In this document: positions 29,301 to 37,422 of the stretch, piece after piece | Layout of the letters: every line of letters begins with the position of its first letter | Position numbering within the stretch: the stretch's first letter is position 1 | IMG/VR virus record: IMGVR_UViG_3300017971_000191 | Direction: 5' to 3' (one strand) | Source of the DNA: a virus | Taxonomy: Duplodnaviria; Heunggongvirae; Uroviricota; Caudoviricetes | DNA: 64,000 bases | Notes under the pieces: generated by a model | The model's database searches: none | Told to the model about the DNA's origin: nothing | Seen by the model: only the letters and a program-made list of their open reading frames with translations | Made by a program: the position numbers and the translations under genes

Positions 29301-30764
29301 GCCCTTCATGGCGATCACCCGCTTTCCGGGGCGGGCCAGCGCTCTGGGGAAGGTGATCACCGAGTCGGCAACATCCTGCGGAGAAAGCCACTTCAGCTTG
29401 CCGCTACGGGGGTCCTTGAACTGCGTGTAGATCCGGCCGTTCTTCCCCTTGCGGGCGTTGCGGGTCATGTAGACGTCCACGCCCACACGAAAGCTCTCCG
29501 GCGTGCGTAGCGGGTCCACGAACCCGAAGTGGCTGGGTTGCACGCTACGGGCCTCCGCGGGCACGGCATCTAGCGAGGGGATACCTCCTTCTCCGAGCCG
29601 GCTGATGGAGTATTGCTTGTCGAAGATCTCGGCGGGGTTGATTTCCTCCAGGGGCTGTCCGAGACCTGAGTGCAAGATTGCAGACTCGACCTGTGGCCGT
29701 AGGGCTGAAGAAGGCATGCCCGAGAGGTTACCCTTGCGGGCGGCCTTCCAGAGAAGCTGGCGGCGGAGCCGACCGTGGTCCTTGGCAATCCTCTCCGCCA
29801 GAAGATCCTCCGGGCCCAGGAAATGCTGGTACGCCAGAGAATCACGGTCATCCACATCAGCCTCGTCGCGAGAAATAGCAAGTAGCTTTCGAGTCGTGTC
29901 AAGGATGGCCTCCTTGCTCATGCGATCGTACGGTTTTCCCAGGGTACGCCCGGTGACCTCGGGGTCCAGCTCCATCGAGGTCCAACGATCGACGAGCTTC
30001 TGCGCCGTCGTCCGCTCCTCGTCCTCCTGGTCGGCGCGGGTCAGCACGTGTCCCGCGTACTTCTTGATGGCGGCACCTTCATCCTTCGGATAGTTGGCCG
30101 CATACAGGTCGTCGCCCCAGATCTCGCGAAGCTCCGCGGGAGTCGCTCCCATCGCTTTAAGAAGCGGCATGAGGGGGAGCTTGGCGTTGTGGAGCCGAAC
30201 GTAGAAAACGCCCTTCTCAGGATCAAGAAAGTAGCGATGAGACACCCCTTTTCCAGGAAGGATGTTCGCATGGGCTTCGATCTCTCCATTTTCACGGACA
30301 CGAGTGAAGACACCGCCCCGCAGCCGCTGCTGGTTGCGAAGCGTATTCTCGTTGCCCCTATGGACGAACGTCCCCCGGGGCGTCAGATGCGGGACCGTGG
30401 CCACGACCTGGCGACGGCGATCCAGCACGCCGCCGGTCTCGTTGTCGACGAGTTCCCAGGTACCACGCAATCGCCGGCCGAGAGTTCGGCCGCCGAGGAT
30501 GGCTTCCTTCTGTTGGCGCAGGGTGAAGGTGTCCGGGTCCTGCCAGTCCACCTTGCTGAGCCGCAGGGTGTGGGTCTGATTTGAGACCGGCTCGATCCCC
30601 TGGGCCGCTACCAGCACCTGATCATAGATGTTGCGGCGCGTGGCGTCAGTGTCTCCGAACTCCCGTGTCTCCTCGTCAGTGGGAGGTGGAGCGGCAACAG
30701 GTGCAGGTGCCCCCGACAGCAGATTGGACGGCGTCGGCGGCATCAGGTTCAGATCGAGCGGCAT
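26322..30764 (-). CDS. fused RNA polymerase subunit: a compact beta subunit joined to the N-terminal half of beta-prime
   Basis: Beta-subunit motifs: RGTFVHRGNENTLRNQQRLRGGVF and GDKLSGRYGDKGVISAIIPDAQMP...LLNPLG. Beta-prime motifs: VLPPAFRP and RAPVLHKFGILAFRP...NADFDGDQMNFHVP. Confidence 0.8.
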   Translation of the reverse strand: MPLDLNLMPPTPSNLLSGAPAPVAAPPPTDEETREFGDTDATRRNIYDQVLVAAQGIEPVSNQTHTLRLSKVDWQDPDTFTLRQQKEAILGGRTLGRRLRGTWELVDNETGGVLDRRRQVVATVPHLTPRGTFVHRGNENTLRNQQRLRGGVFTRVRENGEIEAHANILPGKGVSHRYFLDPEKGVFYVRLHNAKLPLMPLLKAMGATPAELREIWGDDLYAANYPKDEGAAIKKYAGHVLTRADQEDEERTTAQKLVDRWTSMELDPEVTGRTLGKPYDRMSKEAILDTTRKLLAISRDEADVDDRDSLAYQHFLGPEDLLAERIAKDHGRLRRQLLWKAARKGNLSGMPSSALRPQVESAILHSGLGQPLEEINPAEIFDKQYSISRLGEGGIPSLDAVPAEARSVQPSHFGFVDPLRTPESFRVGVDVYMTRNARKGKNGRIYTQFKDPRSGKLKWLSPQDVADSVITFPRALARPGKRVIAMKGSKMIWAKKRDVNLVMPNFEDAFSPLGNLVPMKGAVKGQRMAMASRMLTQALPLVEPESPWVQSAMPGTRGGRSYEEEYAKQMGAVHAKRGGRVLGIDDDGMKVRYDDGSEDSIELYHHFPFNRKTYLHQTPLVRPGQRFAPGALLARSNYTDERGATALGRNARVAYVSWQGKNHEDAIVISEGFAKKLASEHMYQNELEVDDRTKIGKKTYVSLFPSRYERKILETLDDRGVVKPGTEVEKGHPLILAARQRELSHNKVHKRKQASHADHSIVWDHNDPGIVTDVVDGKKGPVVLVKSTSPMQKGDKLSGRYGDKGVISAIIPDAQMPQGQDGKPFEVLLNPLGIIGRTNPSQKIELWLGKLAAKQGKPIRVEDWDDSRDYVDWAREQLRKAGLSDTEDIIDPSNDSKIRGIPTGNRFFMKLHHQAEAKEQGRGGGAYTAEDAPAKGGKQGSKRVALLDTNALLSHGAVHNLEDVGAIRGQRNEDYWLQFMMGHNPPMPRVPMAYHKFVEQLRASGINVVREGTQTNIMALTDKDVDELAGDRNLMKNDGVDWGRGLRPIRGGLFDKKLTGGHSGRRWSAIRLTEPMPNPVMEEPIRRVLGLTKAKFEAVISGDHELPKFGTGAQAIGKALQALNLDKELSMARAQVSQGSKTERDQAVRKLDYLKRAKKLGIHPGDWVLKRAPVLPPAFRPVSMMDNDLPMISDANYLYKELMEANDNLAAMKKELGDEGAGPERLAVYHAFKAVTGLGDPISQKSREKNVRGILKSVFGSSPKFGTVQRKLISTTVDNVGRSVITPNPDFDMDTVGLPEDAAFDIYGKFIARRMRRQGVPLTRALQQIKDRTPLARETLVEEMDERPVFINRAPVLHKFGILAFRPKLVKGSTMQVSPLIVKGFNADFDGDQMNFHVPTDAAAVKEAYERMLPSANLLSPADFKSPVHAPGQEFVGGLYHATKSRSKQSVRKFHTLADARAAYAAGKLSLDDQVQILDQ
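26986..27004. repeat. degenerate copy of the palindromic motif (CCAAAAACGCTTTTGAGGA), in the CDS and translated ILKSVFG
   Basis: Imperfect match; weak. Confidence 0.25.
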
Positions 30765-30775
30765 GCTGTCTCACC

Positions 30776-31618
30776 TCAAGCGGCCTCTTCTTCGACGTCC
30801 ACCGGTACCGGGACGGCGTGGATTTCCGCAGGCTGCGTGGCGTACGCCCGACGACGGCGGCGTTCAAGAGCCTTCTTGAGGACGTTCTTCCGCTGTCGCT
30901 TGCGCGCTGCGCTGTAGGCAAACCAGCCGGCCATCAAGCTGGCCGGCACGGCGTAGTACCCGTAGGTTCCCAGAGTGGCCCCTGCCGTGTCCGGGTTGAA
31001 GAGCGCTTGCTTCTCCATGCAGAGATCGTAGAGGGCGTCCAGGTCGGCAGCCAGCTTCTCCATCGGCTCGTCGCTGCTGATCTTGACCGGCTCGTCGTAC
31101 TGGCCCACCAGGGCCCCACGGAAGCGCTCCCGCTCCCGTTCCACCTGGGAGTCGACCTCTTCCTTGCGGCGCTTGTCGAGGATCTTGTCGACCAGGTGCC
31201 AGCCGAGACCTCCAGCCGCCAGTCCGCCGACCATCGCCGCCGGCTGGTACCAGGGGATGCCGATCGGCGTGGTGGCTTTGTTGCCCTTGAAGAAGTCGCC
31301 AAGCCAGCCAGCGGCCTTCGCCAGCTCGGGCTCTTCCTCCTCGTCTTCCTTGGCGGGGACGGGCAGCGGCAGAGGTGAGACGGCCGGGTAAGTCGGCTTT
31401 CGCGTGCGGACGTTTCGCCGGACAAGGTTGAGCAGCCCGTAGATACCGCGGGCTCCCGCACCGGCTCCGGCCGAGATGACGGCGATGCGGCCCAGGTCCT
31501 TCAACGCCTGGGTCTTGAGGTTCCGGGTGGCCGCTTCCTGAAGGACGGCGACCGGGTCCGTGGCCTCCTTTTCCTGGCGCACCTCGTCAATGATGCGCTG
31601 GGATACTTTGCTGTCCAT
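30776..31618 (-). CDS. hypothetical protein
   Basis: 280-aa ORF. Confidence 0.45.
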   Translation of the reverse strand: MDSKVSQRIIDEVRQEKEATDPVAVLQEAATRNLKTQALKDLGRIAVISAGAGAGARGIYGLLNLVRRNVRTRKPTYPAVSPLPLPVPAKEDEEEEPELAKAAGWLGDFFKGNKATTPIGIPWYQPAAMVGGLAAGGLGWHLVDKILDKRRKEEVDSQVERERERFRGALVGQYDEPVKISSDEPMEKLAADLDALYDLCMEKQALFNPDTAGATLGTYGYYAVPASLMAGWFAYSAARKRQRKNVLKKALERRRRRAYATQPAEIHAVPVPVDVEEEAA

Positions 31619-32000
31619 AGCTGATTGTCCCTCCTGGACCTATCGCAGCCTGTGCGGGCTGACCGTCTTCGAGGAAGTATTCCGCCCACTCGATGTAGAC
31701 GACATGCTGCCCCCGCTTCTTCGACCTCCAACGCTCGACGAAGAGCAACTGTGCCCAGTTGTTGAGGATCTTGTCGAGCACGTCGAGGTAAGCCTTGTTC
31801 TCCTCCTTGATCCACGTACGAAACGTACCATTCTGCGGATCGGCCACCCGGACGACCCGCGAGTCGAACTCCGCCTCCGTGAAGAACGGGGGGCTGGCGC
31901 CGCGGAAAGGCAGACCGTCGACGTCGGCCCGACCCCAGTACAGCTTTCCGCGCCCATTCCCTTCCGTCCTCGCTGCAAACTTAACCAGGCTGTTTGCCAT
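31587..32000 (-). CDS. hypothetical protein
   Basis: 137-aa ORF. Confidence 0.45.
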   Translation of the reverse strand: MANSLVKFAARTEGNGRGKLYWGRADVDGLPFRGASPPFFTEAEFDSRVVRVADPQNGTFRTWIKEENKAYLDVLDKILNNWAQLLFVERWRSKKRGQHVVYIEWAEYFLEDGQPAQAAIGPGGTISYGQQSIPAHH

Positions 32001-32009
32001 AAGTTCACG

Positions 32010-32420
32010 CTACAGGAACACTCGTCCTGTTTGCTTGCGACGAGCCCGGTACTCCCGCATGGCTCGCTGCCTCAGCAAACGTGCCGTTTGGCGTCGGTAC
32101 TCGTCGGCGACCTCCTGTTTCTTTACTTCCTCGGGGTCCTGGTCATCGACATCCGTGGCTTTGGCCAGGCCGTAGCCGGCGACTCCGCCGAGGATTGGCG
32201 GGGCCGCGATGGCGAGAGGCAACCCGTAGCTCAGCAACGGTGCGGCGACCGCCTTGCCGGCTTCCAGGGCCTTGACGGGGATACTGGTGATGTCCCCGAC
32301 GATCCCGCCCATCTTGTCCATGGCTTCCTTGACGCGCTCGTGGGCCTCTTCGAGAGTCAGACCCTCTTCCACGCAACGGCTGAGGAAACCAACCTTGAAC
32401 GCATCTCGTGAGCTGAGCAT
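32010..32420 (-). CDS. hypothetical protein
   Basis: ATG (MLSSRDAFKV) chosen; the upstream Arg-rich extension is rejected. Confidence 0.4.
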   Translation of the reverse strand: MLSSRDAFKVGFLSRCVEEGLTLEEAHERVKEAMDKMGGIVGDITSIPVKALEAGKAVAAPLLSYGLPLAIAAPPILGGVAGYGLAKATDVDDQDPEEVKKQEVADEYRRQTARLLRQRAMREYRARRKQTGRVFL

Positions 32421-32430
32421 CCTTGCCTCG

Positions 32431-32817
32431 CTACAACTGGTATTGGGAGCCGGAGCCGGGCATGACCACCGTCTTCTTACGCCGGCGGAGCCTGTCCTTG
32501 ACGGCATCCTTGTCGGTGGGCATCCCCTGTTCCCGTGCCTTCTGGGCCAGGGCGACTCCCTCCTCGATAAACTTCTGCTGCCGATCGACGTCGATGCCGA
32601 TCTGCTTGCCGACCTGACGATCGCCCCTGATCATCTGGTTGATGGCGTTGAGCCGCTCCAGAAACTCGCGGACCGACAGCGACTCGTACTCTCCAGTGTC
32701 CCGGTCTTCGTGGTGGACCAGGCCGTTCTCGGCCCAGTACCGGTCGCGTTTCTGATTGTCGCGGGGCCCAAAGTAGATGACCTTGTGCTGGCCGCCGAGC
32801 AAGGGGACCTTCGCCAT
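32431..32817 (-). CDS. hypothetical protein
   Basis: 128-aa ORF. Confidence 0.45.
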   Translation of the reverse strand: MAKVPLLGGQHKVIYFGPRDNQKRDRYWAENGLVHHEDRDTGEYESLSVREFLERLNAINQMIRGDRQVGKQIGIDVDRQQKFIEEGVALAQKAREQGMPTDKDAVKDRLRRRKKTVVMPGSGSQYQL

Positions 32818-32835
32818 CCCTGGCTCCTTCCATGG

Positions 32836-33300
32836 TTAGAACTGGTAGATGAAGAAATTCCCTTTCTTCGCTTGGTGGGGAATCGGAAGCCGGTGCATAT
32901 AGCTGATGACCTTCACCCCGCGACATCGTTGGAGTTTTGGGGTGAGTTCACGCACCAGCGGCATCGGCAGGTACATATAGTAGACCGTGGCCGGCAGCTT
33001 CTCGAAGTCCACCTCGCGGAGATCCTTGCGATAGACCGCGACGAGGCTACCCAGTTTGTTGAACCTGACGTTCTCCTGAGCGTGCCGGACCTTATCGACG
33101 TCGTAGTCGATTCCGACTGCCTTGCACCCGTACCGCTTGGCTGCAAACACGCACAGCCGGCCGTCCCCGCAACCCAGGTCGTAGAAGACGTCCTTCTCGT
33201 CCAGGTCCGCCAGGGCGAGCGCCGTGTAGCACTCATTCACCGGCGTCGGGGCATCGGGTTGTGCGCCGAGTACGGCACAGAGGACAAGGGCCAGGTACAT
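32836..33300 (-). CDS. secreted class I SAM-dependent methyltransferase (signal peptide MYLALVLCAVLGAQP)
   Basis: LGCGDGRL is a glycine-rich AdoMet motif I. The start overlaps the upstream stop as ATGA. Confidence 0.5.
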   Translation of the reverse strand: MYLALVLCAVLGAQPDAPTPVNECYTALALADLDEKDVFYDLGCGDGRLCVFAAKRYGCKAVGIDYDVDKVRHAQENVRFNKLGSLVAVYRKDLREVDFEKLPATVYYMYLPMPLVRELTPKLQRCRGVKVISYMHRLPIPHQAKKGNFFIYQF

Positions 33301-34157
33301 CAGTAGCAACCTCCTCCGTAACACATGGCGCAGGCCGCGTTGCCGCAACCGCCGCCGGACATCATCATCCCGCCGCCGTAGTAGCCGCCGTAGGATTGAG
33401 ACGGCATCGCGTAGCTCTGACTCGGATACGACGACTGCAACGGCATCCCGCCATAGTAGGTGCCGCCGGATGCGACGGCACTGGATTGCGGGCACATCCC
33501 CGTGCCCTGATACGGGCAGGAGGCACAGTTGCCGTCGCACTGGATGCCGGAGCCGTTGCCCAAGCGGTAGGACCCGTCCGCCGTCACGTACATCGGCGTA
33601 GTCGAGTAGGCCAGGCCGCTTGCCTTCAGCGCAGTCTGCTTTACCCCGAGTTTCACGGCGATCCACCTGAACTGGGACTGCTCCATATTACCGCAGCCCG
33701 TCCAGCGACAGATCTCGTTCCCCTCGGAGTGCAAGATGAGGGTGGGGACCAATTCGATCTTCCAGTCCCTGGCCAGCTCGGCATGCGCGGGGTTAGCCGT
33801 GTTGCCGAACTGGACATCGTAGCCTTCGGCCGCAAGCCGTTTCAGCATGGGCTTGACTTTTTCGCAAGGCGGGCAACCCTCACCGCACCACAGCAACATC
33901 GTAGGCGGCGAATCTGCGGCCTCGATCTTGGCGAAAATCGTGTCCCAGCTTGTTTTGGCACGCTGCTCGGTAGTCCTGGTCTGTTCCTGGACGATTTGAG
34001 CGCTCCTCTGCGGCGAGAAGAGGCCCCAGTTGTCGCTGGCCATCGCCAGCATGGAGGGGACCTCAGCTCGGCTTGCCGGACTGATGAGGAACCCCAAGAG
34101 CAGAATCGTAGAAACTACCGTAGCGATACATAGACCGACATTCTTTGGAGAGGACAT
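33300..34157 (-). CDS. secreted thioredoxin-like protein (WCGEGCPPC) with a C-terminal Gly/Tyr/Cys/Met-rich tail
   Basis: N-terminal signal/transmembrane segment, CxxC active-site motif, and a tail ending GGGCGNAACAMCYGGGCY. Confidence 0.5.
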   Translation of the reverse strand: MSSPKNVGLCIATVVSTILLLGFLISPASRAEVPSMLAMASDNWGLFSPQRSAQIVQEQTRTTEQRAKTSWDTIFAKIEAADSPPTMLLWCGEGCPPCEKVKPMLKRLAAEGYDVQFGNTANPAHAELARDWKIELVPTLILHSEGNEICRWTGCGNMEQSQFRWIAVKLGVKQTALKASGLAYSTTPMYVTADGSYRLGNGSGIQCDGNCASCPYQGTGMCPQSSAVASGGTYYGGMPLQSSYPSQSYAMPSQSYGGYYGGGMMMSGGGCGNAACAMCYGGGCY

Positions 34158-34755
34158 GGCGAACCTCCTTTTCCGTGATCAGCACATCCTGCGCATACCA
34201 GCGCCGATGAGCCTCGTGGGCGTCCCAGGTACTACATGCTGGGATCTTTCGGTGCCACTCAATATACAGCGCATCACGGGCCTGGAGGAAGTCCGAAACG
34301 TCCGGTGGGCCGAGGAGCCCCGGGGCCCCACGACGGAGGGCCGCTTCCCTGTCGGCTAAAAGAAAGAACTCATAATCCTCGTCGGCCAGCCGCTGACGAA
34401 GATCCCGGTTGATCCGGACCCTCTGGAGGATCAGACTCGGCGTGATCGCCATGACGGCTCGGAGGTAGCGGAGACAGTCGTGGATCTCCTTCCGCATGGC
34501 GGGCTCGTAGAGCCAGATTTTCTCGCCCTGCTTGACCGGAGGGAGAAGGAGGATCTCGAAGGCAATCCCACAGGCCTCCCGGGCCATCAGCTCCTCCTCG
34601 GTCGGGGCCAGCACGTCCGCCAGGGAGATGCGCTCAAACGACCGGGGCGGCGCGGCGACGGAGCTTTCCGATTTTTCGGTTGCGGCTCGCAAGGCTGTTG
34701 CAGGCCATGCTAACAGGGAGAGAATCCCTGCCTTCAAGCAGTCTCGTCGCTTCAT
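34063..34755 (-). CDS. Tat-signal (MKRRDCLKAGILSLLAWPATALRA) exported hypothetical protein
   Basis: Twin-arginine motif followed by a hydrophobic segment and an AxA cleavage-like site. Confidence 0.45.
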   Translation of the reverse strand: MKRRDCLKAGILSLLAWPATALRAATEKSESSVAAPPRSFERISLADVLAPTEEELMAREACGIAFEILLLPPVKQGEKIWLYEPAMRKEIHDCLRYLRAVMAITPSLILQRVRINRDLRQRLADEDYEFFLLADREAALRRGAPGLLGPPDVSDFLQARDALYIEWHRKIPACSTWDAHEAHRRWYAQDVLITEKEVRHVLSKECRSMYRYGSFYDSALGVPHQSGKPS

Positions 34756-35335
34756 TCTTCTGCTCCTCGTCGACAATGAACTCGATACGGTTGCCATCCA
34801 CAGCGGTCACGACGGCGGAAAAGTCCCCGACCGACGCGCCGAAGTCGATACCGGCGCTGAAATTGATCTTGTCGCCCGGTTTCACGCCGCCCGCCAGCAA
34901 GGGCTCCGACGTGATGATCGGCGGCAGGATGGTCGACTTGCTCACGTAGACCTTGTTCGGGTGGGCCACCTGGTCCAGCTCGTCGTTGGAGATGGGAACT
35001 GGCGGGAGAATCCGGCGGAAGAAACCATCTTCTCGCATTTTTACCCTCGTGAAGTCGTTGACGGCATCCATGGCCTCCTTTTCCATCACAGGATCGCGAG
35101 AGCAGAGCTTCTCGAAGATCGCCTCGTTGAGGAGCTGCGTGTCGCTCGGCGACATCGTCACCGGTTTCTTCTCGGGCAACCACAGCGCAGGAGGTACCGC
35201 CACGGAGACGCCGATCGCTCCGATGGCCTTGAGGAAGCCCCGCCGCTGCATCAGGAACAGCTCCTGCTCGCTGTCGGAGAGCTTCTCGCGGCCGAAGCCG
35301 AAGAACTGCTTGATAAGACCCCAGTTGACGTTCAT
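34634..35335 (-). CDS. Tat-signal exported chimeric protein whose N-terminal region duplicates residues ~11-66 of the capsid-like protein 6070..7011
   Basis: The signal RRGFLKAIGAIGVSVA is followed by LLNEAIFEKLCSRDPVMEKEAMDAVNDFTRVKMREDGFFRRILPP, about 87% identical to the 6070..7011 region. Shared 20-27-nt DNA identities show a recent duplication. Confidence 0.55.
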   Translation of the reverse strand: MNVNWGLIKQFFGFGREKLSDSEQELFLMQRRGFLKAIGAIGVSVAVPPALWLPEKKPVTMSPSDTQLLNEAIFEKLCSRDPVMEKEAMDAVNDFTRVKMREDGFFRRILPPVPISNDELDQVAHPNKVYVSKSTILPPIITSEPLLAGGVKPGDKINFSAGIDFGASVGDFSAVVTAVDGNRIEFIVDEEQKNEATRLLEGRDSLPVSMACNSLASRNRKIGKLRRRAAPVV

Positions 35336-35417
35336 TGATCCTGCCTCTGCGCCCGGGGGGCGCCGGGTTGCTGCTGGACCCGACGCCCCCTTCCGAGAAC
35401 CGCCGCCGCAAATGTCG

Positions 35418-35858
35418 CTAGTCGTCCTCAGGCATCTTGCAGAGCATCAGGATCTGCCCGTCGTCGATGTTCGGCTGGGGAACAGGCACCGGCAGCGGAC
35501 CGAACTCTCCCAGCTTGTCGAGGATGTCCACCAGGGCGTCGACGGCACCGCGGGCGATCTCCATGATGACCGTCTTGAGGCCGCGATCGACGACCGGCTC
35601 CAGCCAGTTGGGCACCGGCTTGAGGTCGATCGGCGTGATCACGTCGTCGATGAGGGTCTCCACGGCGGCGAGGATCGCTTCCTTCCGCTCGGCGGCCGAG
35701 TAGCCGCTGATCTGGGCCACCAGGTCGATGCACTTCTTGACGAACAGCATCACCAGGGCCACGACCTCGCTGAACGTCAGCTTCTGATCGGCGTAGGCCT
35801 CTTTGTAGGCCGCCACCATCGCCGCAACCGCCTCGTTGATCCGGTCGTACAGACTCAT
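35418..35858 (-). CDS. hypothetical protein
   Basis: ATG (MSLYDRINEA). Confidence 0.45.
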   Translation of the reverse strand: MSLYDRINEAVAAMVAAYKEAYADQKLTFSEVVALVMLFVKKCIDLVAQISGYSAAERKEAILAAVETLIDDVITPIDLKPVPNWLEPVVDRGLKTVIMEIARGAVDALVDILDKLGEFGPLPVPVPQPNIDDGQILMLCKMPEDD

Positions 35859-35885
35859 GGTGCAGAACTCCTTCTGCAAAAGGTG

Positions 35886-37085
35886 TCAGCGGAACAGGCG
35901 AGGCACCACCGCATTGATGACGCCGAGGATCGCGCCGCTCCGTTTGAGAGTATTCTGCGTTCCAGCGGGCATCCCCGTCAATAGACCTAGCGCTTTTCCA
36001 ACGGCCCAGCCGGCCGCATAGCCCTGGACGCCCCCGCCGGCCGCCCCCATCATCGTCCCCAGGAGCCCCGTCTGGTGCGGCGTGACCTGCCCAGGCTGCG
36101 AGTTGGAGTCGGGCATCTGCTGGGCCGCGTAGAGGGCTCCCATCGTCGTAGCGGCCGTCTGCGGGCTCGCTCCGACCTCCCAGAGGGTCTGGCCCATCTT
36201 GTTCGTGTTGACCGTCAGAGGACCAGGGGGGATGCGGGTGTAGGAGGGACGAGAGAAGGTGCCCAGGGAGGCGAACTTCTCGGTCGCCTGGGTGTAACGC
36301 TGGCCCAGCTCCACGCCGGCCAGGACGTCGCAGGCCTCCTTCAGCGGCTCGTACTCCCCGATGCCGTAGTCCGCCGGAGTGTAGTCCTCGCTGGCCATGA
36401 TCCGTCGCCACAGGGGAGCGGGCTTGTCGGCCCAGGTGGGGACGGGGATTGCCGGCGTCTCGTTGACGGGCTTGTCCCCGGGCTTGCCGGCCAGGTCGGA
36501 GCCATCCGTGAGGGAGCGACCCCTGGAGAGAGCCGAAAGGGTCCACATGGCCCCGGGCGTGCTGCCTGTCAGGCCGCCGATGAGGGCCAGGGTGCGGCGG
36601 AGTCGACCACGCCGCCAGCTCGACGGCAACAGCTTCTCGCCCAGCCAGCCGGCTCCATAACCGAGGCCAGCGCCGACCAGGCCGCCTGTCAGGGTGGCCG
36701 CCAACGGACTCGGGGCGTTCGGGATTCCGCCGGGGTACTTACCAGGGAAGAAGTTGAGCAGCTCGCCGGCGCGTCGCAGCGTGGGCGAGTAGGCAACCTT
36801 CACGAAGTGCCCAGACGATACCTCCGGGAACGTCAACGGCTCGGGCAGAACCTGGTCAGCGCCGACCGCTCGGGTTAGGGCTGCCGTGCACAGTGCAAGG
36901 TCCTGGGCCGTGGCTTCCCTGCCATGCAGCCCACCGATCTCTTTGTCCGGGTTCCAATAGTACCCCACGTCCCCGCGGGTGAACACTCGCGACGTCCCCC
37001 GGCGGATGGCCTCGGCCGGGGAAGCAATCTTCAGGAGCCACTCGTCAACGACGTCAGGCACTTCGTCCCAGAACACCGCTACCAT
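35886..37085 (-). CDS. hypothetical Gly-rich protein
   Basis: 399-aa ORF. Confidence 0.45.
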   Translation of the reverse strand: MVAVFWDEVPDVVDEWLLKIASPAEAIRRGTSRVFTRGDVGYYWNPDKEIGGLHGREATAQDLALCTAALTRAVGADQVLPEPLTFPEVSSGHFVKVAYSPTLRRAGELLNFFPGKYPGGIPNAPSPLAATLTGGLVGAGLGYGAGWLGEKLLPSSWRRGRLRRTLALIGGLTGSTPGAMWTLSALSRGRSLTDGSDLAGKPGDKPVNETPAIPVPTWADKPAPLWRRIMASEDYTPADYGIGEYEPLKEACDVLAGVELGQRYTQATEKFASLGTFSRPSYTRIPPGPLTVNTNKMGQTLWEVGASPQTAATTMGALYAAQQMPDSNSQPGQVTPHQTGLLGTMMGAAGGGVQGYAAGWAVGKALGLLTGMPAGTQNTLKRSGAILGVINAVVPRLFR

Positions 37086-37095
37086 CCTTGGTCTC

Positions 37096-37380
37096 CTAGT
37101 CGGACTCGCGCATCATCTCGCGAAACACATTCACGCTGGAAACACGGGCGGTGACCATCACGCCGTGGATGAAACTGAGCCACCGCATGGCCTTCCCCGG
37201 CTTGCCGGCCTCCACGAATTTCGGAATCTCTTCCAACATCCAGAAGAGGTGGCCAACCGTGACGCCCCTGTTGGCGCTCAGGTACTCCTCGCCATCCTGC
37301 TTCGGGTCCACTTTAGGGTGGCGCATCTTGAGCAGGTTCTTGGTGAGGACGGTCGCGTGGATCAGATGCTCGCGTTCCAT
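37096..37380 (-). CDS. small all-alpha protein, possibly a MazG-like NTP pyrophosphohydrolase
   Basis: LFWMLEEIPKFVEAGK is a weak EExxE-type motif. Confidence 0.3.
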   Translation of the reverse strand: MEREHLIHATVLTKNLLKMRHPKVDPKQDGEEYLSANRGVTVGHLFWMLEEIPKFVEAGKPGKAMRWLSFIHGVMVTARVSSVNVFREMMRESD

Positions 37381-37422
37381 GCAAACAGTGTACCAGAAGC
37401 CGCCGAGGCCTGACCACCCGGT

